NCBI RefSeq assembly: GCF_009914755.1
Contig: NC_060927.1
Reading direction: 5' to 3' (one strand)
DNA: 64,000 bases
Source: the human T2T-CHM13v2.0 reference genome, Homo sapiens
Shown: positions 16,621-28,255 of the stretch, piece after piece
Numbering within the stretch: the first letter of the stretch is position 1
How the letters are laid out: each line of letters begins with the position of its first letter
Notes under the pieces: generated by a model
What the model was told of the DNA's origin: nothing
Seen by the model: the letters and a program-made list of their open reading frames with translations, nothing else
Database searches by the model: none
Translations under genes and position numbers: made by a program

Positions 16621-18499
16621 CATTTGGCTAGCCCAAATATAGGAGAGTTGAAAGAAAATCTGTCAAGCTGCTTGTTTGACACTGTTAAAAATGGTTTCCA
16701 GTGAGGCTATTTCTGGATACCGTTGTTTTGTTCACCACACTTGAGCTGGAGCAGTGGGCAGTTTTGTGTCTGAGTAGGAAACCAAAAACCAAACCTCTGT
16801 CACAGAAAGGGAAAGCCACGCACTGGCTGAAGAACTCCGGACACTTGGGTGAATGTCATTGCTTTTTACTCTGCACATATTGAGTGCCTCTTGTATACAA
16901 GGCTCTGTTAGAACCTCAGACTGCTTTGTCAGACATTTTCTGAAAGGAGAGCTGCAAGGATTCTCTTTGAATTCTTACTTGTTTTCTTTGCAGTCAGGCA
17001 ATCAGTAAGGAGGACATCTAATTAGCAGCTGTTGCATCTTTGTGCAGACAATTTACAAATCTGTTCTCTAAAAGGTGAGAAGTTAATGAAAGTAGAAACA
17101 TGTGGCTAAACTCTGGAGAGGAAACCCACCCCCATCCCCGCCACCACACACCCACCTACTTCATCTAGTTTGCTGGGCAGCTCCATTCCTTCAGTTTGCT
17201 GAACTTGGTCAGAAGAAGCCCCTTGCTGCTCACATGACCCCGAGTTTATTTTGATCTCTTTGGATTGAAAACTTATTACTAGTTTAGTGAGCCCTCTCTT
17301 CTAGCATGAGCAGGTAATGTGAAAAATCAAAACTGACAGCACATTTAAATCGAACCCCTAACCCAAATTGGGTGTCTGTACATCTCATGGAACAATTTAA
17401 ATCCCCAGATGAAAAAGCAAGGAGAATTATTGCAATTGCTGCAGCATGTGTATTGAAGGTGGAACCTTCCAACTGCTGACAACCAAATGCCAGGCAAACC
17501 AGGTTTAGATTGCAGGGAGGAAATAAAGTCACCATCCATTCAAGAAACCTAGAGAAGCCACAAAATAGAAAGGGAGACCTTCTTAGTTTAGTCCATCACA
17601 CACCTGTAGCCACTATAGAATTTACTATTCTGAGCAACATCACTAGAGAATTACCTTTTTCTCCTCTTACTGAAAAATACACAGATTTATTCAATGAGTA
17701 CTTTTCATAAGTCTCCATGAGACTCTTTTTTAGTGGAATAAGAATGAAAAACTCATAAACAAGTGGCCTCTGCTGCCCAGGTGTTTATAGTATACCCTGA
17801 GAAAGGGCACCTTTGGCTTGTAGGTTCTTCTCTAGTTGTGTTCTGCCAATGAACAAGACGTGAAAGGAACTTCTGATTTTTGAATCATAAATATTTCTTT
17901 GTGTGGTGGGGGAGTAAAAATGTGGTAAACAAGGGTTTGTCAGAGGCTACTCTGAGAAAGAGGAAAGAATAAAAATGTCCACGTTGGCAGAACTATAAAT
18001 ATTTGCTGTTTCTATTCAAAATCACTCTCTGAACCATGATATCAACATGTTTGGGACAGGAGCCAGTCTGGGTATTAGAAATGAGAATCTTCTTTTTGTT
18101 CACGTAAAGAGGTAAGGGAGTACCTGTTAATTTATCAGAATGAAGTATGTGGTTAAGGCACTCAGAGAATTGAGTACACTCAATTTTGAGCAATCTGGTT
18201 TCAGAAGGTCGGATTAGGGGAGTCTCGCTTCATGTGCAGAACTTTGGGTATCTTTTAACAAGTGTACCTGAGTTCCTCCAGTGCTGATAAACAAGGCTTT
18301 GGGCCTCAGAGGTCTGCAGTGGACGTGGCTTTGCGTTCTCTTGACTTATTATACTACGATGGCAACAACCAGTTCACAGAGGCCTTGGAGCAGCTTAGCA
18401 AAGGTGCAACAAGACAGCGTCTTACTCAGCTGTGCATTACACACCTGCTGCCTTTGTTCTGTGCTTTTCCAGTGCTATGGCGCAGGGTGACTGTCAGAG

Positions 18500-18854
18500 C
18501 TGCTTGGCAAATTTTCAGGTGCAACCCAGAGGCTCAAGAATTAGTGCTTTTTAGGGAAACTTTTGGCAGGGGCAGTGGGCAGCCAGGAAATAAAAGCTTT
18601 CTCTTCTAACCTCCTAGGTGGACATTTCTAAGTCATGTTTCATAAGGCCCCTCAGAAGGCCCTAGGGGATTGAGCAGCTCAGTTCACAGTGCCCAAGGAG
18701 GGCCAACCTGATGGCATGGCTTTGTGTTGCATTCCCCCTTCCCTGTCTCATGACCCCAGTCCCTCACTCCTGCTCTGGGAGTCCTTTTACCAAATAAACC
18801 ACTTGCACACAAAATTTGTCTCAAGCTCTCTTTGGAGATAACCCTTCCTAAGAC
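18500..18854 (+). mobile_element. LTR16C-like ERVL LTR (5' boundary uncertain)
   Basis: ccttccctgtctca...ccctcactcctgct...ccaaataaaccacttgcac...ttgtctcaagctct...ctaagaca 3' end. Confidence 0.65.
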
Positions 18855-19879
18855 ACATTCCACTCACAGGCCTCTCCCTCCTTCTGTAGAAGTGTGTCAT
18901 TTTAGACTAAATTCAGCCTCACTGCTGTTGGGACATTATTAGTGAATATAAAAGATCCCAGTCACTTTTCTATTTCCAAAATGGTTTTAGAACCAGGGGC
19001 AGGTGGACTGAAATGATCCCATTAAAATGGTCTATGACCTATTTTTTTCCTTTTGATATAGGAGAGGTTCTTTTAATGTGTGTTTCTAGCCTGCTGTATT
19101 TCTCCTTTGTGAGCCTCATTATAAAGCCTTGACCTTTAGGAAAGAAATTAAAGTATACGGCCATTTCATGGTATTCGCCTTCATTCTCTATATGCTTTTT
19201 GATCTTTGTGGAGTATAAACAAGTCTGGAGAGAGTGCTGACGAGGCCAGCATTGTGGCCTGGATCCCGCATGGCTGATTAGCCTTGCATGGCACAAAACC
19301 ATCACATAGCCTGAAATTGCATTTTGAATTCTGATGGAACGTGGTGTAAATGTGTGCTCTTGGTCACCCGCGGTAGCAGATGACAATGCACATTTCACCC
19401 ACGTTCCTGAACACCAAACGAAAGTGCCTGTGACAGTGACTCGGAAGTGCGGTGTTGCGTGTGATGAGAAGAACACGTTTATGTAACAAACGTTTTTAGC
19501 TGGCTGAGCAGGGCTCAGATGAGACTCACGGAAGCAATGCCCTGGGGTGAGGAGCGCAAGGGCAGGAAACCATTGGAATTGTTTATCACTTGAGACAGAG
19601 GACTTTGTGAGATGCTGGGCAGAAGCAGAGGACCTTCAAGGCTCAGGTGACCGTGCACGGCACTGGGCTGAGGCGGGGCCAGGCTCTCCACTCTGCAAGA
19701 CCCAGGATTAGAGGTGTTGCTTCCATGCGAGGGGATGGCATGCTTGCCTCGACACAAGTGTTAATAATAAGTGTGGAGGAGGGCAGGCAGGGAGAGGGAT
19801 AGGAGTATTGGACTACTGAGCAGCACTTGGTAAACTGAGGTAGGTAAGGGGAGGAGGAAAAGAACAAAGATGTGGTGAC

Positions 19880-20098
19880 TCAAGAGGGTGACCATAGTCA
19901 AAATAATTGTACATTTTTAAATAACTAAAATGATATAATTGGATGTCTGTAACATAAAGGATAAATGCTTGAAGGGATAAATACCTCATTTTCCATGATG
20001 TGGTTATTATGCATTGCATGCCTGTATTAAAACATCTCATGTACCCCAAAAATATAGACACCTTTTACCCACAAAACTAAAATTAAATTTTTTTTTAA
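19880..20098 (+). mobile_element. L1MA2/3-like 3' end with TSD
   Basis: ggataaatgcttga...catgcctgtattaaaacatctcatgtacccc; TSD aaagatRtggtgac at 19866-19879 and 20099-20112. Confidence 0.8.
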
Positions 20099-20571
20099 AA
20101 AGATATGGTGACAACAGCACCCACTGGGTACTCCTCAACACCAATGAGACTCAGCTTTGTCAGCAGATGGGCACACCTTTGATCACCCTGGCTCAGGTGG
20201 AGGCTGTTGAGCCAGCAGACATTTGGGCCAACTTTTTCTATTTCACCATAAGGGACTAGGCTGTGGAGGACTCCCTTTCAGATGTTTGTAAGGCTGTTGA
20301 GTGGTTTAAAAACTTGGTAATTATGGTGCATTTACTTTGTCACTTTCTCCCTTGCCCCAAATGAGCTGACTCTGCAGCCCTATTTCCAATGATAATGGGT
20401 CATCTTGGCGGCTCTGCGAGTTGCTGTTGTCCCTGAGTTTCAGGTAATGCCTGGTGGCGCCCCACGAGGGCTGCAGCTTGCAGAGGCTTCACTAAGAGTA
20501 GAATTGGGTCTTCAGGATAAAGTGTGTTTGAACTAAATTTTGTGGTCCAGGAATATGGGGTAGTTTGTTTT

Positions 20572-20715
20572 TGTTTTTTAGGTGAAAGTCACATAACATA
20601 AAATTAACCATTTTAAAGTATACAAGCAGTGGCATTTAATATATTCACAATATTATATGACTCTAATCTCTGTACATTTCTAAAACGTTTTCATCATCCC
20701 CAAATGAGACCCCAC
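20572..20715 (-). mobile_element. L1MB-type 3' end fragment
   Basis: cacataacataaaattaaccattttaaagtatacaa...cagtggcattta. Confidence 0.7.
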
Positions 20716-21139
20716 AGGCCCACAGGAATGGGGTTGTAATGCCTGCCTACATTGATAATGACATTTTTATGAGGGACAAATTTTATAAAGAGCAAGCTGT
20801 GTACCACCTTTAAGTTTAATTTTTAAATGATATCGTGTTTTAATTATTTAGAACTGATAGACACAATTTATTTTCAATGCAAAGAACTCGAAAATTTTGA
20901 AAATCACATGGGAAAAAACCCAAATACAATGCAAAGAAGACACAGGCCACAGTTTGGACACAATCACTTGAAAATCTTTTGCTAAATGTACATGCTCGTC
21001 TCTTTCCACCATGTCAAGGTGGAAAATGTGTCTGAGAATCCCCTGAAAGAATATGGACAAGTGTGAGTTCATCAGTCTCCTACGGGATTGTGCTAAGCCT
21101 CTTCCAGCATGTTTGAGGATTACTGGTTAAGCAGCAAGG

Positions 21140-21410
21140 GTGGTTTAGAATCAGATCAGACCTGAGTTAAAAATCTGAGCCCTGCCACTCACTACTAGAA
21201 AAAAAGCACTGCAGTCTTCTCCCTCAATGGAATGGCTCATTTCCCAGCGTGTTGCTAATTTCCAGTTTTGCCCCAAAGATAGTATTTTAAAAACTTTCAC
21301 ACTGAGTTCCTTTCTGTATCAGATGAGTAAATTTTTCTGAGCCTTGGTTTTCTCATCTGTAAATCTGTAATATCTGCTTCATGAAGTTATTATGAAAATT
21401 AAATATGAGT
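21140..21410 (+). mobile_element. MIR interrupted by a 125-bp non-MIR insert
   Basis: cagacctgagtt...ctgccactcact upstream and ctgagccttggttttctcatctgtaaa downstream of the insert. Confidence 0.7.
21197..21321 (+). repeat. 125-bp dispersed direct repeat, copy 1 (derived)
   Basis: Ungapped match to 24947-25071 with 6 mismatches. Confidence 0.95.
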
Positions 21411-22087
21411 AAATAATAACTTTTTAAAAAAGAGGCAAGAACAACAAAGGCAGAGATATAGATGTTTGGGGGCCAGCTTGGTACAGCTGCCAGGCCAGGG
21501 CCTTTCTCTGGCATTTCATCCTCAGAGTGAGTTTGATTTAAACTCATGCTTCTACAAATGTAGCAAAACTGCCACATACTAAAGCCAGAATGCCAGACAC
21601 ATACTGCTAGGCACTGCCTTCTCCTGCCAGGGACAGTCTTCCAATTCAATGTGAGATGAGTTTTGGTACCAAGTGATGATGCACCGGCAAAGGTGGAGAA
21701 GTCAGGGAGCAGACTGATGGAGGCAGTGGAAGGCCATGTGCTCTGCACGTGACTAGCTCAGTAAACCCAGAGCTTTGGAAACAGGCCCTTTCCAAGGCTG
21801 TTGAGAATATCAGTTCGACAGGCTGCTGGAGGTAGACTTGCTGCTGGAGGGAGGACATCAACGCTCATGCAGCTGAGAGGTGCTCACACGACATGCCCCC
21901 TGATACTGGTTTTGTGCAGGAATTGAGGACTCATTGCATCATCTGTCATCTAGGGATGGAGTGAAGTCTGGAATCCTGTTAGCTTTGCCGGGTGACATGT
22001 CCAGCCTCTCCAGTTTGTAATTTGTTCTGCAACTTGTTGAACATCTGTGCATTAAATGCTATTGAAGGTGTTGACATCTGGCAATAA

Positions 22088-22519
<432 letters not shown>

Positions 22520-22856
22520 AGGGCATGAGTCTTTAAGAGTCCTAGGACAAATTAGCATTTACAACCTCTGAGATGTTCCATAGCAAAGGAAAAAGAAAGA
22601 AATAGTGAAAACTGAACTTGCTATTTCTCATGCTCATTTAAACACGAAACCTTTTTGCCATTTAATACTTTTAAACAGCTCCTAAAATCGGTGTTTCCTG
22701 CTGGTCCACAGGAAATCTGTCACAATAAGATATAAGGTTTTCAGACTGAGATTCGTAAACAAAACTCCTCAAAAATTGTACTTTGATCCAAATGCAGATT
22801 CATATAGTGCCTTCAGAACCTTTGAGATCTGATTCTATTTTTAAAGCTTCTTAGAA

Positions 22857-23215
22857 GAGAGATTGCAAAGTGGGTTGTTTCTCTAGCCAGACAGGGCAGG
22901 TAAATAGGGGTGGCTGGTGGGATGGGAGTTCATTTGCACCCATGTACAAATTGCTGGGGGTCATGGTGAGCTGGAAACCTACAGCCCTCAGCTGCAGCCA
23001 GTGGCTGCTGTGCAGTGGGAATATGGGTCAGATCAGTGAGAGCTTTAAGTTTCTTAGAGGACATGGAAACCTGTAATTTTTAAGCAGGGAATTTCACAAC
23101 TTTAATGTGTTACTTCACATTTTTAAAATACTGTGATGACCCAGCAAAAACAACAACAACAACAAACAGATGTTGAGACCAGCCCCATCTCGTGAGCTAC
23201 CAGGTTGTGACCTTG
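22857..23215 (+). mobile_element. MER102-like hAT DNA transposon
   Basis: ctcagctgcagccagtgg...gggaatatggg...tttttaaaatactgtg...ccaggttgtgacc. Confidence 0.55.
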
Positions 23216-23561
23216 CCTGGGATGGGGCTGTGGACTATTTTCAGATTAGTAAGACATAATAAAATGAAAGGATGTGTGAGTCTCTGAGGCAAATGCTGTG
23301 CCTGGATAAAGATGTTGGTGACTCATGCCCTCCATAGATTCGTGATGCTTTGCCTTCATCTTTCTTGACTGCGAGTCAGCAGCATTGACTCAGCTGATGA
23401 CGTCTTCCTCCCCAATACATATTTTTCAATTAGTTTCCAAGCCTGTTCTTTTGCTTTTCTTCCTACCTTCTCCATCTCCTTTGCTGTTCTTCCTCTTTTC
23501 CCCAGTATGGGAAGGGTTAGAAAGCTCTAGGGCACAGCCCTTGATCCTGGTTTTCTTTCTT

Positions 23562-24048
23562 TCTTTTTTTTTTTTAATTTAACTTTTATTTTAAGTTCAG
23601 GGATACATGTGTAGGTTCGTTATACAGGTAAACTTGTGTCATGGAAGTTTGTTGTACAGATTATTTTTTTACCAATGTATTAAGCCTAGTGCCATTAGTA
23701 CCCATTATTTTTCCTGATCCTCTCCCTCCTCCCACCCTCCACCCTCCAAAAGGCCACAGTATGTGTTATTCCCCTCTGTGTATTCATGTGTTGTCATTAC
23801 TTTGTTCCCACTTACAAATGAGAACACGCAGTATTTGGTTTTCTGTTCCCACATTAGTTTGCTAAGGATAATGGTCTCCAGCTCCATCCATGTTCCTGCA
23901 AAGGACATGATCCCATTCTTTTTGATGGCTGCATAGTACTCCATGACATATATGTACCATATTTTTCTTTATTTAGTCTATCATTGATGGGCATTTAGGT
24001 TGATTCCATGTCTTTACTACTGAGACTAGTGCTGCAATGAACATACGC
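23562..24048 (-). mobile_element. L1PA13-like 3' fragment inserted in an L2
   Basis: Poly-T, then aacttttattttaagttcaggg...ggtaaacttgtgtcatgg, homologous to 10508-10945. Confidence 0.85.
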
Positions 24049-24049
24049 A

Positions 24050-24617
24050 GATTTACTCATTTCCTCGGCAATCTCACATGGCTTCACAGTGGTAGATGCT
24101 ATCTATATGGCAAGAGTATACAGATTTATATTCCAGCCCAAATCTCCTTCCTGAGCTCCAGACTAGTATATCCAAGTCACTTGTCATCTCTCGTCTGAGA
24201 TCTTGAGCCCAAAAGATCCAAAGTAAAACTCCCAATCTCCCGACCCTGCTAAATCTCCATACACAACTTTGCCTATCTTGATTAGGGTCTTGGCACTGGT
24301 GATGATGGACAGTGTGGTGAGTTTTGTCACTTCCTTCATATCTTGAATGAAGTGTTCCCTTTCTAAGGAGGTCTACCCTGACAACCCTGTTTTAAATTAT
24401 ACACTCTAGTCTGATATACCTCTTCCTGTGGCACTTATCTTCTAACATACAACATATTCTTCTTTATGTTTATTTTTTCAGCATCTTCCTCCCCACACTG
24501 GAATGTAAATACACCAGGGTGGGAATCTCCATCTGTTTTATTCACTGTACCCTTAGATTCAATATCAGGTGCATAGTAGATACTCAATAAATATGTATTG
24601 AATGAATGAATGAATGT
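24050..24617 (+). mobile_element. L2 3' portion (5' part at ~23450-23560)
   Basis: tccagcccaaatctccttcctgagctccagact...tagatactcaataaatatgtattgaatgaatgaatgaatg tail. Confidence 0.75.
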
Positions 24618-24946
24618 CAGTTGTCACTTGGTTAAAAAAATTTCAAGAGAAGGTATGCTTAAAGCTGGTCATAAAAGTTTAATGTTCATTGTCCACTAAT
24701 TGCATTGAACCACAAACCACTGCTGTGTAAACAAAGAATGTCTTCATGATGTTTTTGGTAGATAGAAAACCTACTACAGTAGGGGCAGGTTTGAAGAAAT
24801 GATACGTAAATATATATATACATACACACTCTTTTTCTGATCAGCAGTTCCACATGTTGTTGCAGAGACCAAATATTCTAATGGACATGACTGTTTAAGC
24901 ATTCTAGCAGCTTTCTGCTGGGTTTCCAATTTTAAAATTTAAAAGA

Positions 24947-25071
24947 AGAAAAAAAGCACTGCAGTCTTCTCCTTCAATGGAATAGCTCATTTCCCAGCAT
25001 GTTGCTAATCTCCAGTTTTGCCCCAAAGATAGTATTTTAAAAACTTTCACACCGAGTTCCTTTGTGTATCA
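24947..25071 (+). repeat. 125-bp dispersed direct repeat, copy 2 (probable donor)
   Basis: Matches 21197-21321 and sits in unique sequence. Confidence 0.95.
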
Positions 25072-26939
25072 AAGACAAAGTTATTATCAAAATTATTACT
25101 CATGTTCTTTGTCATGCAAAAGGCATAAGTAATGTTTTTAATAATGCAAGCCATTAAAAAGTAGATGGGCTGAATTCATTGTGCCTGTTTCTAACCCGCT
25201 TTGGGAAAGGATTTTTCTACGCAGAAAGGTGTAACCCCTTGATGCCTGCATGAGTCTTTCCCCCCAGTTTTCAATATAGAGTTGAACATGTTCTTCATTT
25301 AGAGACTCAGAGACAAAGCTGCAGCCCTTCAAGTTATTTCCATCAAGAAGAAAAGGGTTTTGAAGGAGATAGGCTCACTGAAAGGAACAACTTTCTTTGG
25401 TAACAATGGATTTGGAGGAAAATAAAGCTTGTGGGATTTCTTTAAAGGATAATTCTCTCATTCAAAATGGTTTAGGGTTAGGGCCATTGGACAAGAGATA
25501 TCTTAGGAGTTAAGATTCCCTTCATGACTGAAACCTTACTATCACTGGCTAGCTAAGAAATAATTGTGGTGTGTGGGGAGCGGATACTTCATATATGTGC
25601 CCCTGTTTTCCTAGGCACTTAAGGTCATGAAGTTCCTGCTTGGATATCACTAAGATTAAAGAATCTATTTCCACTGAGTTCCACAATCTTTTTTAAACAT
25701 GGTGCTCCGGGTAGCCACCAACAATCAGTTTGAGTTGGTATGTGAAATTATGGTGCAGGATAAAATAAGACATTTTGTAAGAAAGTATTTGTAAAGGATA
25801 AATGACAACGTCAGGCAGAGCGGCGCTCATGAAGTCTAGACTCAAGGCCAGATTTCATGTCCCTCTGGTTGCTGCTACTACCTTGGCAGCCTTTCTAAAT
25901 TCTACAATTCAGGTTCCTGCCCTGGCTTTTGACCAATGCCTGATGGCCCTCTCTGAGGTGTCTTAAACCTTCATGCAGGTTTTTAGAACAAGAGATACGG
26001 TCATAAGATCCTCATCTCAGCTCATCACCCTGGTATGTTTTGAGCACCCTGGCTATATACAACAAACATCTTTGTTTCGACTGCCTTAAATTATTTGACA
26101 TACAAATGTGACATTTTCTGAGTTTTGTTTAGAAGAACCAGGTAGCCTGTAGCTTTAATTCCTTTTACAAATAAGAGTCTTTGTTCTAGTCCAAAAGAGT
26201 CCCAACCTATAAGGTCGTATAATGGGAGACAGGAGAGAAGGCCTGGGATTAGAATAGGTCCCCAGAGAGGAGAACATGTCGTAACTTTCTCAAACCCCAA
26301 ACTTGTGGTGCTTCTCTGCTATTGGAAGAAAGTCGTGTTTCTTTTTCCCTTCTCATTTTCAGAAAAGAAGTGTGAAAGGATCAAAAGAAAGGATTTGCTT
26401 AGATGTTAGTGTGGCCTGATTAGGTCGGAATTAGCCTTTTTCTCTTTTCACTGAGAGAAGCAGAGACCATCTGCGGAAATTATTTAAATTCATGCGCCTT
26501 CCAGGGAAGCTGTTTTATTTGCCACTGCGTTTATTGTAGCACCGGGGAGCTTGACAGTCATTCCAAACTTTTGCTGCAATAGTACTAGTATTGCCTGTGG
26601 CCATTAGATTAACAAAAGGAAAAATTAACTTTCCTCCTGCTGAAAATTAACACTTTAGATTAATTAAAAAGCAAATGCAATCAAAGCCTCTGGATTTTTT
26701 CTCCGAAGGTGCATTCTGCAGGGCCTCAGGACTGCAGTGAGTCTCCTTAGCTTATGGGGAGGGAAGACTGGAATGTTTTATCAGGATTAATTTATAATGT
26801 AATTTGCTCAATGTGATTAGAATGGAAACCAGTGGGAGTCCAAAGTCTCTATTGCTCCATGGAGAATGGATTGCACTGCCGGTTGTCTTGGAGAAGGAGA
26901 AGGAGGGAAATAAGGAAGTACACATGGGCTACTTGAGAG

Positions 26940-27110
26940 TTCTGGAGCTCAGTCACATCCCAGGTGCCCCACTTCCTGTGTGACCTTGGGCAAGTAATGT
27001 AACATCTCAAGAACTCTGTTTCCTCATCAGCAAAATGGGGATACATAACAGAACTCACGCATCACAAAGCCCTTAGCACATAAGGAGCATTCACTCAATG
27101 GATGGTGGTC
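26940..27110 (+). mobile_element. MIR
   Basis: ctgtgtgaccttgggcaagt...gtttcctcatcagcaaaatgggga. Confidence 0.8.
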
Positions 27111-27673
27111 ATCATTGTGCCCAGGCACTTAGTGAGATCATCACTGATCATTACAAACATAGATGATGTTGACAGAATTATCCATTACTACTTGGTCTTT
27201 GGGTCCAATACGCATATTCCAACCCACTTGTTTCAATTATTTGGGAAATGTAGTTTTGTTGGAAGGAAGCTGATTTGACAAATGGCATATCAAAATCTAC
27301 ATATTATGTGATAGTACATTTTCTTCTATACCTTTTGCTTATTCTTTCCTTTGAAGATGCTTCAAAAATCTTCAATGTTTCCTTTTTAAAAAAATATTCT
27401 CCCAGCTACAAGTTTGACTCCTCAGGACCCCCTTGCCTGGTGTTTAAACTTCTCACTGTCTCATCCCAAACAGCCTTTGCTGCCTTGTCCCATGGACTGT
27501 GAAATACCCTAGCCACACAGAAATTGTTGCCATTTTTCAAACCGGCTGTGGATTTTCATACTCTCTGCTTTGGCTCATAAGATTTCCTCCATCCGTGAAA
27601 ACTTTTCCTTGTTCTAAATCTAAATCCTTGTTCTTCATTTTAATTTTGTGTATGATAATAACAATTTAAGGTA

Positions 27674-28002
27674 TAGTCATGCACAGTGTAATGACATTTT
27701 GGTATATAATGGACTGCATATATAATGGTGGTCCTATAAGATTATAATGCGATATTTTTACTGTACCTTTTTTATGTTTAGATACACAGACACTTACCAT
27801 TGTGTTGCAATCGCCTACAGTATTTAAATTAACATACTCTACAGATTTGTGACCTAGAAGCAGTGGGCTATACTCCATAGCCTAGGTGTGTAGTAGGCTA
27901 TATCGTCTAGTTTTGTTTATGTAAATCTATGATATTTGCATAACAAAGTGACCTAATGATGCACTTCTCAATGTATTCCTGTCATTAAGCAATACATCAC
28001 TG
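27674..28002. mobile_element. Tigger3a (MER7A)-like Tc1/mariner MITE
   Basis: TA-flanked ends tagtcatgc / catcactg; internal ggtggtcctataagattataat and catagcctaggtgtgtagtaggctata. Confidence 0.8.
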
Positions 28003-28044
28003 TAGTTATTCATTTATGGGACAAAATTATTTCCTACAATTTCT

Positions 28045-28255
28045 AGAGCATTACCATGTGCCTGGCATTGTGTGAAGAACAGACTCATCTTATCTCATTT
28101 AAGCTTTCCAGTAACTTACCTATGACTTGCCCCATTTGGCGAATGAGGAATCCAAGACTCAGACACTTACCATGGTTCCATAACCAGTATGTAGTAGAGC
28201 AGATGCTAGAACATGGGCCAGTTTGTCTTTAAAGTCCATGTTCTCAAACATAGAC
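28045..28255 (-). mobile_element. MIR
   Basis: atgtgcctggcattgtg...cccattt...atgaggaatccaagactcaga. Confidence 0.6.

Noticed and set aside
18262-18609. Protein-looking 115-aa ORF
   Set aside because: GTG start, no family recognised, weak splice donor, and the 3' part runs into an LTR16-like element.
19200-19800. Mildly GC/CpG-enriched stretch as a CpG-island promoter
   Set aside because: CpG density appears well below island level.
25850-25875. CTCF-like motifs (here, and at ~7120, ~20450 and ~38312)
   Set aside because: Each misses key consensus positions and is expected by chance in 64 kb.
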